DNA from: Mytilus californianus
Taxonomy: Eukaryota
Length of the DNA stretch: 64,000 nucleotides
Direction: 5' to 3'
Assembly (NCBI RefSeq): GCF_021869535.1
Contig: NW_026262581.1
Span: forward strand, 71,052,001-71,116,000
The notes below the pieces were generated by a model that made no database searches, was not told the origin of the DNA, and saw nothing but the letters and a program-made list of their open reading frames with translations. This document shows, in pieces, positions 39,679 through 52,576 of the stretch. The translations under genes and the position numbers were made by a program. Each line of letters starts with the position of its first letter. Position 1 is the first letter of the stretch.

Positions 39679-40554
39679 TCAGCATATATATTTTAAAATA
39701 AATTTTCTATAATAGGATGTTAATCCTAGAAAACTTCTTACATCTTTTATACTCTTGGGCACTGGCCAGTCCTTAACTGACTGAATTTTATTTGGGTCAG
39801 TAGCTACTCCACTTTCGCTAACAATGTGACCTAAAAATTTAACTTCTGTCTTTAAAAAGTTACACTTCTTGGGATTCAGCTTTAAATTAGCTGCTTTTAA
39901 TCTTTGAAAAACTTCTTTCAAGTTTTTCATATGCTCCTCAAATGATTTTGAGAAAATAATAATATCATCTAGATAAACTAGACAAATTTTCCAGGTCAAC
40001 CCTGATAAAACTGCTTCCCTTAATCTTTCAAAAACAGGGGCACTATTACATAGACCCATGGGCATTCTTTTGAACTGCCAGAGACCACCTCCTGGAAATG
40101 AAAAGGCTGTTTTTGGTCTATCTTCTTTGGCTACGGGAATCTGATAATATCCTGACTTCAAATCGACGGTTGAGAAGAACTTGGAGCATGACAATGAATC
40201 TATTGTGTCATCTATACGAGGTAACGGGTAGGATGGACGTAAAACCAGTAAATTTACGGAGCGAAAATCAATACAGAACCTCCAACTGTCATCTGACTTC
40301 TTTACGAGAACAATATTGGAGTTCCAGGGACTTGTAGAGGGTTCTATAATATCTTGCTGAACCATTTTCTGAATTTCAGCTTCAGCATCTTTCATTCTAG
40401 CTAGAGGTATTCGTCTGGGTCGCTGACGTACTGGAGGGTGATTTCCAGTATTTATGGTATGTTCAACTAAATCAGTTAAACCAATGTCCTCAGAGGACTT
40501 TGAGAATATATTACTATACTCCATTAAAAGGTCTTTAAATTTTTCATTTTGATC
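39679..40554 (-). pseudogene. pol: Gypsy pol: reverse transcriptase
   Basis: RFCIDFR, LPRID, DLKSGYYQI, MPMGLCNS, YLDD, FLGHIV. In-frame stop at 40555-40557 and a frameshift in the ATATAT run near 39685. Confidence 0.95.
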
Positions 40555-41400
40555 TTAATCAAGATTAATTTGACTAGACTCAAATACTTCATGTAAATAA
40601 TCAGGTAATTGTCTCCCCTTATTTATTGTAGCTTGGCCACCAGCCACATTATTAACAAACTCAGAAGTTTGAATATCTTCTTCATTTACTTTATTGCAGG
40701 TAGCAATAATTGTACCCTTATATAAAGTGCAGGGCTCATTATTTATATTTATTATTCTCAAAGGAATATTATACATCTCTGGATGTACAATTGATCTTGC
40801 CACCAATAAACCATTTTTTTCCATAAATTTCTCATTAGGTTTTATTAAACCAGCTAAACCTCTAAAAATAGGTTCATTGGACTCCCCAGAAACAATCATT
40901 TCTGAATTAGGAGGCACATTTACTGTCTCTTGTATAGCAACTCGATAACAAGATTTAGCACTACTTGCATAATGAAAACATTGAATTATCTCCCCTTTAA
41001 TTTTCAACTTATTTTGACTTAATAAGACATCACAGTCATGAGTCACAAGAAAATCCATCCCAATGATTCCTTCATTGGAAATATCAGCCACTAAAACATT
41101 GTGGTGATAAATATGATCTCCAAGGCAAATTTCAACATCAACATGTCCTATAAATGGTGCACTATCACCAGTAGCAGTAATTAAATTAATATTCACAGGA
41201 TTAATCTTAGGAAGTAATGAGGGATTGATTTCATTAATAAATTTCTTACTCAAAATAGTAACATTTGCTCCTGTATCAACAAGAAAAGCTAATTTTTTAT
41301 CATTAATTTTAGCTCTTACAAATAGTCCCTCATTATTTGCCAAAGATTCATTGATCTTTATCGATTTGGGCCATTCTGACTTGGCCTGGCTCCGACCCCT
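40555..41400 (-). pseudogene. pol: Gypsy pol: aspartic protease and linker
   Basis: FLVDTGANVTIL and GIIGMDFL motifs. Confidence 0.93.
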
Positions 41401-41428
41401 GAGTCTGACCTCAACTGCATGGTTTCCC
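41383..41428 (-). promoter_or_regulatory. -1 ribosomal frameshift signal remnant (GGGAAAC plus hairpin) at the gag/pol junction
   Basis: Slippery heptamer G GGA AAC (41428-41422), an 11-nt spacer, then GGTCAGACTC-AGGGGTCG-GAGCCAGGCC, an imperfect stem-loop. Confidence 0.6.
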
Positions 41429-42916
41429 TGTTGATAGTAATAAGGTTGATTCTGGCTATTTTGACCAAAATTATTATTTCTTTGATTAAAATTTCTGTTT
41501 CCTTGTCCCAAAATTCTTATTCTGGTTATTATATCCTCTCTGGCTATTTTGATAATTCCTCTGTTGATTACCTCCCCCTTGGCTATTCCTATTCTGGTTT
41601 TGGGACATACCCTTAATATCTCTAGTTAAAGATACCAGTTCCTTCTTAAAATCAGACAACTCGTGCCTTAATGATTTAAAATCCTCCCCCTTGTCATTGT
41701 TCAACTCTGTATTAATTGTATTATTCTCATTATGAACTGTATCTGCCTGTCTAACCATGCGCCCGTTTTGTCTCTCCGCTAACTTTAAGGTCTCTAATCT
41801 TACAGCTAGTGTTTCTGCTTCATGTATAGATTTAGGGTTAGATTCCCTAAGTCTTAGTCTCATATCAGCATCTGGTAAAGCATCAATGAAATGTTCTAGT
41901 GCTAATACACTAGTTATTGTGGATGGGGCACCTGGATAAGCTTGCCTAGTCAATTTCTTAATTGACTGAGCTAACTGTGGTAAACTTTCTTCTTTCCCTC
42001 TCATACGGGTCTGAAGTTTTGCTCTAAATAATTCTGATTTTTCAGCTGAACCATATCTAGTGTCCAAAAACTTTAACCAAACTATCATAATCTTTCCTAG
42101 ACTCTTTATCTAGTTCATTTAAGAGGGCTCTTGCTCCCCCTTTAAAACTACCAGCCAAATATAATGATTTGGTTGCATAATTCCAACCATTTATTTCAGC
42201 TAAAATTTCAAATTGAGCTAAATATTCATTTAAATCTTCATCTCCCTCATACAACTGTGGCTTCATTGTTACATTACTAGACTTGGGTGAATAGGTATGA
42301 GAATTGGTCAATCTTGGAACTAGAGGTCTATCCAGTACAGCATAGTTTTGATTAACATTACGCATTTTGTCTTTATTAAATAAATAAATATTATCTGTGT
42401 TTTGTTGTTGTTTTGTTGTATTTTGATTTGTCTTAATATTTGCCCCAGGAACTGCTTGCCCAACACCTGATATCACTTCAGATATGTTTTCAGTGTTTAC
42501 CATGTCATTCATGTGATTACTGTGATTTACTAAATCTTTATTTTGTTCCATCATTTTATAAATGGTAGAAATATTTTTCTTGTTTTCATGTACATCATCT
42601 TCAATTTGGCTTATACGACCTTTAATAGAAGAAATTTCATCTCCAAAATCTCTTTTTATCTGATTTACAGCACAGATAACTTCTTTTTGACAATTAGAGA
42701 AATCATGAGTTATCTCCCCCAATTGGTCATAGAATATAAACTTTTAAGGTTTTTTAATTCATTAACAAATAAATATTGTTCTTTGTCATGGCTTATTGTC
42801 TGCTCATGCTCAACACTATCAACCTTCTGTTCATCTAAAGGAATGGTTATTTCCCCATCATTTTCCTCTTGGAAAGAATGATTAATAGCTATAATTACTT
42901 CTCCAGAATCATCCAT
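41420..42916 (-). pseudogene. gag: Gypsy gag with three frameshifts
   Basis: Pieces 42710..42916, 42057..42722, 41486..42088 and the N/Q-rich tail ending QQGN. Capsid-like motifs KPQLYEGDEDLNEYLAQFEILAEINGW and EHFIDAL. Confidence 0.88.
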
Positions 42917-43060
42917 AATGTACTAAAATTTTAATATTTCTAATTCAATTTAGATTTTTATAAAAATTTAGTGAAACAGTTTAACATCAGTCAAATATAC
43001 TAAAGCTTTTTCAATATAATTTTTAATAATCATTTCAAAAACCAATTTCAAAGTTAAATA

Positions 43061-43080
43061 GAATCCCATTTCTGACACCA
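43061..43080 (-). other. Primer-binding site complementary to the tRNA-Leu (CAA/CAG) 3' end
   Basis: Minus strand TGGTGTCAGAAATGGGATTC. The plus strand GAATCCCATTTCTGACACCA differs by one base from the eukaryotic tRNA-Leu(CAA) end GAATCCCACTTCTGACACCA. It lies 1 nt from the LTR end ...CGTTACA. Confidence 0.85.
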
Positions 43081-43081
43081 G

Positions 43082-44790
43082 TGTAACGATTTCGCCCCTT
43101 AAACCGAGTGGTAGGTTAAATTGAATAAGGAGGCTCGATCGAACATAATTTGCATGGATCCTTTGAGTTGGTATAAGGTTGAAATAATAACTAAGTCAGG
43201 TATAACTTTCAGATGTACTTTATGTAGCATCTATATAATCAAATATTTACAATTGATCACAAACTATACATTTATATCTATATACAACATGCCGTAATCA
43301 TTTATAATTTATAGGTCAGGAAGGTTGACTTGAAATTCCAATAAGGTTGACTGTTTCCGTAGGTTGATTTGGAAGAAGGTTGAACTTTTCAACCTTCTTT
43401 TGCCGATGGTATAAAATATTTATAAGGGTTGATTTAATAAAATATTCATATATATATTATTTCTTTCTGCTAAAATGAAAGTAGATTTCCAGAAAACCTC
43501 TCTCCTATTATCATAACGATAGAAGTTTGACTAAGTGGAACGACGGTTGACGGGACTTTCCTATAGGTTGAAGGTTGACTTATGCAAAACAAACAACAGC
43601 CATGTGCAGAAGGTTTAGTTTTCTTAAAACATTTAAAACCAGACTTAAGGTTGACTGTGGCTCAGACATATTTATAATAAACCAGGTTGACTAAAATGGA
43701 AACGACTAAGCTAAATTTGTGACTGCTCTTGCAGACGATGAGAATAATTCTGAAGTTCTACTACTGGAAGTGTTTTACGACCTTGACTTGATATACATCC
43801 CTCGCACGGTCGGCTCGGTGCCCGAAGGCGTTTGGTGAGCGTTTAAATAATTTTGTGCCATCGGTCAGGAACAGGTGGAGGACGCCATTTTGGTAGGCCG
43901 CCATCTTGGTTTTGTGAGTTGTTTTCTTTTGTTGACTATTTTGATGTTATGTCTTCACAACGGCTGCTTTCAGGGCCAGATTGGTCAGCTTGGCAGCCTG
44001 CTAACCTCGATGATGGAGTACTGGTAGATGAGTCTCGGACGTAGTATTAACGATGACAGGAAGCATTATCAGGACCAAAGTCGTGAGACAGTGAAATGGT
44101 GGTCCATCATCTAACACCTAGGATACAGCCCTCGGACGTCACTCGGCATACCACTCCCCCATCCATAATGGGTTTTGGAGTGTATGTTGACGCGGGAATT
44201 TGCCCTACGCGGATTATAGCCTAACGTAGTCTGTACAGCGTTGGATTGGTTTCTGTCATCGAAAGAAGTCGTTGATCCATCTAACAGTAAACCCTCATCG
44301 AAGATAGCGGGTAAAGGAGAGCTGACTCAGCACGTCCGTTCAGTTGTAATGACTGAGACGTGACTGGAATGAATGAGATGGATTGATCTGAAGTTCGTTT
44401 CATCAACCTTCTATTTATAATTTTTGGGTCAGTAGATCAACCAATCAAAACGTTTGTTATGTAAACAAGCTATCTCGTGTAATAAACCGCCAATACACAA
44501 CTAATATGGCTGCTCGAGTAAATAGATTATGGCACTGTTGGAATTTAGATGATTACGGCTAAAACACAAGTTATTCTATTAAGAAAATAAGTCACATTCC
44601 CACATCATCTATCATAAACGTACCTGCCAAACAACCGTAAATATTCTGTACGAGGTGAAATTCCATCGTAAAAACAGCGATGTAAAAGCGTAAACTAAAC
44701 AGCTGATTCGTAAAATTACTACTATAAATTACGGACAACACGAGATCCATTAATTTAATCATACGATTACTAAATCGTAATTATATTGAT
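43082..44790 (-). mobile_element. 5' LTR (proximal end exact, distal end undefined)
   Basis: Ends ...CGTTACA next to the PBS. On the minus strand ATTGG (near 44441) is followed by TATAAATAG (near 44412-44420). Two YY1-type motifs at 43883-43908. Confidence 0.7.
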
Positions 44791-44799
44791 AAGTATTAT

Positions 44800-44930
44800 T
44801 ATGGTCATAGAAGATTGGCACATCCAACGTCCTGAGCGTGGATTTATTCTGATGAACATTTAAAAGTAATATTATGGTCATAGAAGATTGGCACATCCAA
44901 CGTCCTGAGCGTGGATTTATTCTGATGAAC
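44800..44930. repeat. 73-bp satellite, two units
   Basis: ATGGTCATAGAAGATTGGCACATCCAACGTCCTGAGCGTGGATTTATTCTGATG occurs twice. Confidence 0.9.
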
Positions 44931-46895
44931 CATACCCAAGAATGAAGGACACTAATGGCCGATTACCCTTATCAGCGACACCCGGGGTGCAATGTTTTTA
45001 ATGATGTTCGATTAACATAGAAAGTAATGGGAAAATAAATAGGTACTCTTCATTAATTCTTCATATTATTTTTATTAATCATCTGAATTCTTATTAACAC
45101 ATACGACCGAATTCTACATAGATTTACCTTTCTGGTGGTATTAAAAAATCCTATTTATCTTATCTCATTGTTAGGTCTCCGATTTTTTGAAAATTCATTA
45201 TCTAAATTCCCTTACTCACATCAGTAAATATCGATGAATGACCTCAAAAGAAACGAGACAGCAGTAACTAAAAAATTGAAGCACACTTAATATGCGGAGG
45301 AAATACTATTAACACATACTGTTGAATACTCCTGTCAATAAGCTATATTTTGATTTCAGAAAAGTCAGTTTAAATTAAGAAATTCTTAGGTCTCCGGCGT
45401 TTTGAAAAGTTGTCTTTGAAAAAAATAACCAACACAAATGTAATATACGAAAACAACGTACATTACAAGATCATACTGTTATACATGTAAACTAAATTCC
45501 GGTTATTCTTAAATAAATGAAATAATACATAATAAGTTCAAATTCAAAGTGTTCACTGTGGCTATTTTTTATTGTTTAAATAGAAACGATAAATATTGAA
45601 TACAAAATAAAATTATATTTAATTATATTAAATTGTATTCGTCGGGATAGCTCATCTGTTCAAGGACATAATAGTTTTACTATAAGGGTTCTTGTTCATG
45701 ATAGTTCACAGTTCGTATAATTTCATATAATAGAGACTATAAAGATATTTTTTATTTATATTTGGTGAAACGTATTTAATGATAAATGATAAAGTATACA
45801 TTTACATTTAAATAATAATAAATGATTCGCTGTTTAATAAATTTTTTTTCACCCGTAAAACATTTTTCCATCAATTGTATTTCGATAATATTTAAAGAAA
45901 ATGAAAAGGTGGTATATTAAAAAAGTTCGAAATTGATATATTGTCAAATGAATTTTATCATCAGCAGGCACCCTGTCACTTGATTGTCTTTCCTATCTCC
46001 AATTACGATGTCTTATATATGCTCAACAGGATGCCACTGTTTGTTTTATTAAATTGAATCTGATACAATACAAACTTGTGTTAATTGGTGACATATGTAC
46101 ATGTAATGAATGTATGCACGGTTTGTTGTGGAAGTATCATCCTGTAATGACATTACATCAATGTGGTGGAACTATTAAAACAAATTTGATAACTCGAAAA
46201 CTAATGCAAAAAATATTTCAAATCACTCTTTTTTAGGGAATCGTGTTCCTCGCTCTTTAGTTTGACCATGAAAGTAAATTGATTAGTGTTATCTATGTAT
46301 AGATATAGTTTAATTTGCTGCTTTTATTTTTTTATTTCTTCTTTTAATTTCTATATATATGTTTTTTAAATTACTTAATGGTGCAATACAAAACACATGT
46401 AAGTTGTCTCTCGGGCATTTTAGAAATACACTGTTCAAAATGTTCTTGTGTGAAAAAATGTAACGCTTACAACACATTGAATGTTGGTTTCTGTTACAAT
46501 GATGAATGTGTTGTCATTGTAAATGGATATTAAAAAGCCGATTGCTGAAGACCTGGTGACAAGTTTTAATCTTATGCACTGCAAAAGAGGCCTTCTTCGT
46601 TGATATGTTGGGGTTTCCTTGTATTTCAAAACAACTTTGTTCTGGTGCATATGCCCACGACTCATGAAAACTAACTTATATTTATTAATTTAGTTTTGTC
46701 CGACGAATTTGTGTCCCTGATTTTTTTTAATTTAAATTTTCGATCTTTCTTGCTGTGTGGAAAAAATCTCAAACAAGAAAAATGTTTCCCAAGTTTTTAT
46801 AATCAGTTGTTCATGAACAATGTAAATTGCTTTTTTTCAAAGGCGATTTATTTATCAAAGACAAACTATGAATCGCATAAATGAGCTTTGATTTA

Positions 46896-47127
46896 GGGAC
46901 GACATCAAAAGATCAATGTAGGATAAAAACTTAATTCAAATAGTCTGGGGGTGGGGGTGGGGGTAAAAATTGCTGCAAGTTTTGTTTATTTGACATCGAT
47001 TTTACATATATCTGTATTGATCAATCAATTTTTCCCAAATTAAGTTAAGAGGGGGGTGGGGGGAGTCAGTGAAAAAACTACGTGAATTAAGTTTATTTAT
47101 CCTACATTGAACTTTTGATGTCGTCCC
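46896..47127. mobile_element. PIF/Harbinger-like (Tourist) MITE
   Basis: TTA TSD (46893-46895 and 47128-47130). TIR of about 33 bp: GGGACGACATCAAAAGATCAATGTAGGATAAA / TTTATCCTACATTGAACTTTTGATGTCGTCCC. Confidence 0.8.
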
Positions 47128-48374
47128 TTATTGTCCTGTGAATTTTTATCCGTGACTTAATTCAGGCAAATTTTATACCTTTCTTGCACTGTTGAAAATA
47201 AGGACAGAGGGACATCAGATATAAATACTGTTAGTATTAAATCGCACTGATAGCAGTTAGAAAATTTTAGATGGGTGAAAATAAGTTGAAATATGAAAGA
47301 AAACTTTCAAATAAGAATTACTCCTAAGCACACATAAAAAGGGAGACCCACTATAAAAGCGCTTGCGACCTAGCTCGCTTCATGATGATGTCTTTAGTTA
47401 TTACAATTGATAAATCTTCACTTATCAATCAGAGAGAGAGCTCTACTTATCAATATCAATAAAAATATATTTTAACTGTTGAATGACTTATTCTTCAATT
47501 ATTTAGTCTTAGAATTTATATCTTTAATTTTCACCAATTGTCTAAATTTGATTTATTGAACCTTTTTGTCTGCTTACGCCTTACTTACTAAAGATGGTTG
47601 AGATATGTTTAGCCGTTTTTACATAAAACATTTAAAAAATGAAAAACATCTAGCTTGTAAGTTATTTCTTCAAAGACATATATAGCATCATTTTAAAGCA
47701 AACTTATTTGTCCAAGGCATAAATGAATGATTGTACTGAAATGAATGAATGCATATAGCCTATTGTTAGAAAGCAGGACAAACTTATGTTTGCTGATGTT
47801 AAAATGTTTATAAAAAATACAGCTGATATTATGCCATATAATTATTTCATTGCTAATGGTGATTAAATTGCAACAAGCTACGGTTCGGTACCAATTTCGT
47901 CGTCAGCTCTGTTGCATAAGGACAAATGAAAATATTAAATTTCTTGGTAACAAGGATGTCATATAACCTCCTAGATGGTATTTTTTAAGATATATGAACA
48001 TCAAAACTCATGAGATACGTTTTATGACTGTTTGTTAAAAAGTGTCATTCAAGATCAATTAACAAAAATTATGGATTTTTTCCCTAATTTTTCAAAATAA
48101 TTTCCCCTTCTTACATTGATTTATAATCTCGACGAGGTTTTGATCTCAATATTATAGTCCTTTTAAAGACCACTAACTCAAGTATCGTAATTTATAACTC
48201 CCGTGAAGACGCTAATTAATTTTTATCAGAGACATGTCTCTGTTGTATTTAACAAGATTAGTATATTCAACGACATCTATTGGAAGGAGTTAAGAGTTAT
48301 CGTTAATTATCTACTGTCCAATATAAACAGATTGGGTTATCTCGCTTGGAAATGTGACATATTCTTGCACATGA

Positions 48375-48985
48375 TTTAAAAGTAATATTATGGTCATAGA
48401 AGATTGGCACATCCAACGTCCTGAGCGTGGATTTATTCTCATGTACATTGAGAAGTAGTATTATGGTCATAGAAGATTGGCACATCCAACGTCCTGGGCG
48501 TGGATTTATTCTGATGTCCACTAAAAAGTCATTTAATGGTCATAGAAGATTGGCACATCCAACGTCCTGAGCGCGGATTTATTCTGATCTACTAGTACAT
48601 TGAAAAGTAATAATATGGTCATAAAAGATTGGCACATCCAACGTCCTTGGCGTGGATTTATTCTGATGTCCAGTAAAAAGTCATATAATGGTCATAGAAG
48701 ATTGTCACATCTAACGTCCTGAGCGTGGATTTATTCTGATGTCCAGTAAAAAGTCATATAATGGTCATAGAAGATTGGCACATCGAACGTCCTGAGCGTG
48801 GATTTATTCTGATGTACATTGAAAAGTAGTATTATGGTCATAGATGATTGGCACATCCAACGTCCTGAGCGTGGATTTATTCTGATGTTCATTGAAAAGT
48901 AGTATTATGGTCATAGAAGATTGGCACATCCAACGTCCTGATCGCGGATTTATTCTGTTGTCCAGTAAAAATTCATATAATGGTC
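48375..48985. repeat. 73-bp satellite, about eight units, with two alternating linker variants
   Basis: ATGGTC starts at 48390, 48463, 48536, 48615, 48688, 48761, 48834, 48907 and 48980. Confidence 0.95.
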
Positions 48986-49054
48986 CACAGGCACTTGTCT
49001 CAGAAAAAGATTTCCTATATGCCTAATATAACACAAGGTACATAACTTGCATTC

Positions 49055-49826
49055 TTGAAAAATGTCACCCGGTCGCGAAATTCTGTTTAATTTCGATTTC
49101 TCGGTTGTCAACCCCACTAAAACTTGTTATGCCGTAAATCTAAATTGATTTATCTACACAATGGTGTATAACACGCCTACCTTTGTTGTCGGAATCATAT
49201 ATTCGTAGCAGGCTTACCCAAGTATGTCAACCGTAATTATTTCGTCTACCAACACTGGACTGGAAATATAAGACTCGCAGTAAAAGGTATCTTTCCACTC
49301 TCTATATATCTCGGTTTCCGATTGGTCAAATTTTATGGGAAGGTCTCTTGCTAAAAATAAATGTTTCTCGGAGTTACCTGATCTTATCTCATTTCATAAG
49401 TAAAGTCCAGAGAGAGTCTGAATGATATGATGGAATGGGAAAAGTTGAGTCTAAAAATAAAAAGTCGTAACTCATTAGACATACCTCAAATAACACTTGT
49501 TAGATTTTTTTCACGGAATCTTTTACAAATTTTCTATCTGGATGATAAGTTCTATTCAGACAAAAACTAACAGTTTTTTTTTTAAATACTTTTTATAATA
49601 AATCATTTACTGCGAGTCTTATATTTCCAATCGGGTGTTGGTAGACGAAATAATTACGGTTGACATACCTAGGTAAGCCTGCTACGAATGATTCCGACAA
49701 TAAAGGTAGGCGTGTTATACACCATTATGTAGATAAATCAATTTAGATTTACGGCATAACAAGTTTTAGTGGGGTTGACAACCGAGAAATCGAAATACAA
49801 CGGAATTTCGGGGTGACATTTTTCAA
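49055..49826. repeat. Foldback with about 230-bp inverted arms
   Basis: 49055-49284 is inverted to 49606-49826, e.g. GTTGTCAACCCCACTAAAACTTGTTATGCCGTAAATCT / AGATTTACGGCATAACAAGTTTTAGTGGGGTTGACAAC. Confidence 0.92.
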
Positions 49827-50100
49827 AAAGGCACTGGCTACGGTTACATGCAAATGTAACAATAATAAAAATATTATTGTTACATTGGAGACTAAATGCC
49901 GGATTGCATGGTTGGGTAAGGACCTTATTAATTACGAATGTAACAATAATTATTGAGGCTACGGTTACATTGCGTTATTGTTACATGAAAAACAGCAATG
50001 TACGATGGGACTAGTAATATGTACTAAATAATAAAAGTTGAAGACATTTAATTTATATTTACAATACATACAATTGTTACATACAATTTCTTTTAATTTT

Positions 50101-52292
50101 TTATTTACAATGAAATTTTCTACATATCCAGTAAGTGGTTTTTGGAGCATGTGTAAGTCCGACACATTTCTGATGAAACCACTTCAAGCAGCCATCACAC
50201 ACCAGTGATGCCGCATTGTGAACATCCGTATCGCATATTGTGCAGTTCCATTCTGCGATATCCCTTTTAGAAGATAAGGCAACCTTTAATGTGCTTCTGG
50301 TGAGAAATACTTTTTCACTCTAGCAATGTTGATATTCTCATCCAATATTTTGGTTGGAAGCATGTGGTGTAGTTTCATGTCGTCTTTCAATATGATCGCA
50401 CTGCCGTCCATTACGGATTTTAGGTTTACCTCACATTTCAGTATCCAACTTAGCATAGCTGAAAAAAAAACAATAAATCATAAAAATGCAAATCAATTGT
50501 CGAAAGTTCATCAAGAAATAATAAATAGTGCCGTTGAATTATTTTCCATTTTTTTTCTTCCATTTTTCAAACTGACAAAGCCATGGCTAAAAAGTAAAAA
50601 GACAAACAGACAAATAACAGTACACAAGACACAACATAGAAAACTAAAGACTAAGCAACACGAACCCCATCAAAACTGAGGGGGGGGGGGGATATTCACT
50701 GTCCCAATTTTTCTTAAAAGTTATTTATCTTCTTCTTTTTCCTGTTGTCGTCTTTTAAGAAACGGCATGACTCTCTTCGTTCTTCTGGGCAATCCGACGA
50801 CGGTCGTTTCTGCACCTTTCGGTCTTCCTCGGCGTATCATTTTAGGGGGGAGCTTATAGGAAGGGTCTGTCAGTAACGGGAAATCATCTGAAACAAATAT
50901 AGTGCAAATTTAATATAAAACTTAAGAATTAAATATAGCTTATGTCGTAACAAAGGATAATTTATCGATATACTACATACCAGACGAAGTGATGCCATTG
51001 TCGTCATTGGAGTCGATGGTGTGATTCATCATCTTGGGATGTGTTTCCATTCGTAGCTGTTGACGAGGTGCTAGCTCTGCTGAAAATTGAGTAAAAAAAA
51101 CATTAAAGCAATTAAAGGCATCCGTACGGCATTCAGCAATGAGAATAAAGATTAAGTCCCATATCTTCATATAAAAAAACTTATAAAAAAAACAAAGACA
51201 AAAGGAACTTATTTCAATAGATTTTAACAAGTCACCAAAAACAGACGGACGGAGAGGTGAACAAAAAATGTAAAAAATCAAATGAGAAAACCAATAACCA
51301 AATTCATAACACGACAATTTACAGAAACAGACTAAAAAAGAATATTTACCTTTAACGTCTTTCCTTCTAGAGAGAAGTGCGTCAAAATCTGTGTTAGTAG
51401 ATGTAGTAGTGTTTCCTATGTTGTGTAAGTCTTTCAATGTAACAATCTGTCCAGTCATCACAGAAATATGATCCTGCACCAAACGCTTGTTTGACTTCAT
51501 CTTCAGTAATTTCTCAACATCCTTTTTTACGTCTGAATCCAACTTACGCTGGTGATATAATGTCTGTAAGACGCCTGCAACTTATCGTAAATTTGAGAAG
51601 AGTACAGTTTTTTTTAGGCACCTTTTTTTATGTTTTCTATATCAATCATATTAGTCAAAATAATACGTTTACCTTAGTAATGTCATGATTATGTTCATGG
51701 TTGAAATTCGTGACTTCAAGGAATACACCGTCTTTACATTTCAGTTTCATCTGGAAAAACAAAAACACAATGCTTTAGATCAGGTTTTAAGAATTAATTC
51801 ACAATTTCATAACAAAAACGAGGCAAGAGAGTTCGAAGAGGCAGAGGCAGACATACTACATTCATTAAACATTAACTAGCAATGCAAAATAGCAAATATG
51901 TCGTTGGAAGAAAGAAAAAAAAAGTTGGACACTTGGTCTGTGTCAATTTAAACTTTAATTTTATAACACGAATGTAATTTAAATCTCGCATGGATATTAT
52001 GACCCATTGATATTCGTATATAGGTTAAAAAAACTTACCTTTGGTTTGGGCGAGCTCCATCTGATTTTGAAACGAAATTACGTCCTCCATGGATACATGT
52101 ATACAGAAGTTCACAGTATTTTTGTTCACAGTTAGCAAACTTTGCTATTGATGTATTAATTTTTTTAGAACTGCGTTTGTATAGCTGTATGAAATTTGTG
52201 TCTTGATATTGTTTCAGTTTTGTTTCAAACGCATCCCATGTTTTACATTTTTCACCCAAAGCAAAATTGGCAATAGGAATCTCTTCATCCAT
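50101..52292 (-). pseudogene. Spliced MULE-transposase-derived gene remnant: N-terminal WRKY/FAR1-like DNA-binding domain, AT-hook-like motif, C-terminal PHD finger; no DDE core
   Basis: Exons 52292-52039, 51750-51673, 51574-51350, 51079-50981, 50887-50729 and 50458-50101 with AG/GT ends (exon 5 donor reads AT). Motifs: YTCIHGG...HEHNH, QRKLD...TGQIVTLKDLHN, LPPKMIRRGRPKG, and WNCTICD...CDGCLKWFHQKC...YWIC. Confidence 0.8.
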
Positions 52293-52576
52293 TGTTCAAA
52301 GTATAATGACAGTAATAAGTAGTAGGTGTGCAGTTAAATACTTAGAAGTGAATACTTTTCTCAGTCCGAGTTCTCAACAACAAACCATTGAACTATATTT
52401 TTCGCCTTTGGCACTACTAATCTGAAGTAGTATCTTTAAGAACAATAAAACCATTAATACGTAAAACTATTTAAACACCATTTGTTGAATGATAATATTT
52501 ATTATTTATCATTATTACAAGTATTATTTAGTACATATGAAAGAATTAAGCAACAAAACTATCATCTTCGCTAGCC

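Larger units (their letters stand above)
35990..44790 (-). mobile_element. Decayed Ty3/Gypsy LTR retrotransposon (Mag-like) with an accessory third ORF; both outer ends truncated
   Basis: On the minus strand the order is LTR, PBS, gag, PR, RT, RNase H, IN, PPT-like tract, ORF3. No second copy of 43082-44790 is seen in the window. The distal LTR boundary is approximate. Confidence 0.9.

Noticed and set aside
48375-48985. CRISPR-like repeat/spacer pattern (about 55-bp constant plus about 18-bp variable)
   Set aside because: The variable parts are two recurring, mutually similar linker variants rather than unique spacers, so this is a satellite.
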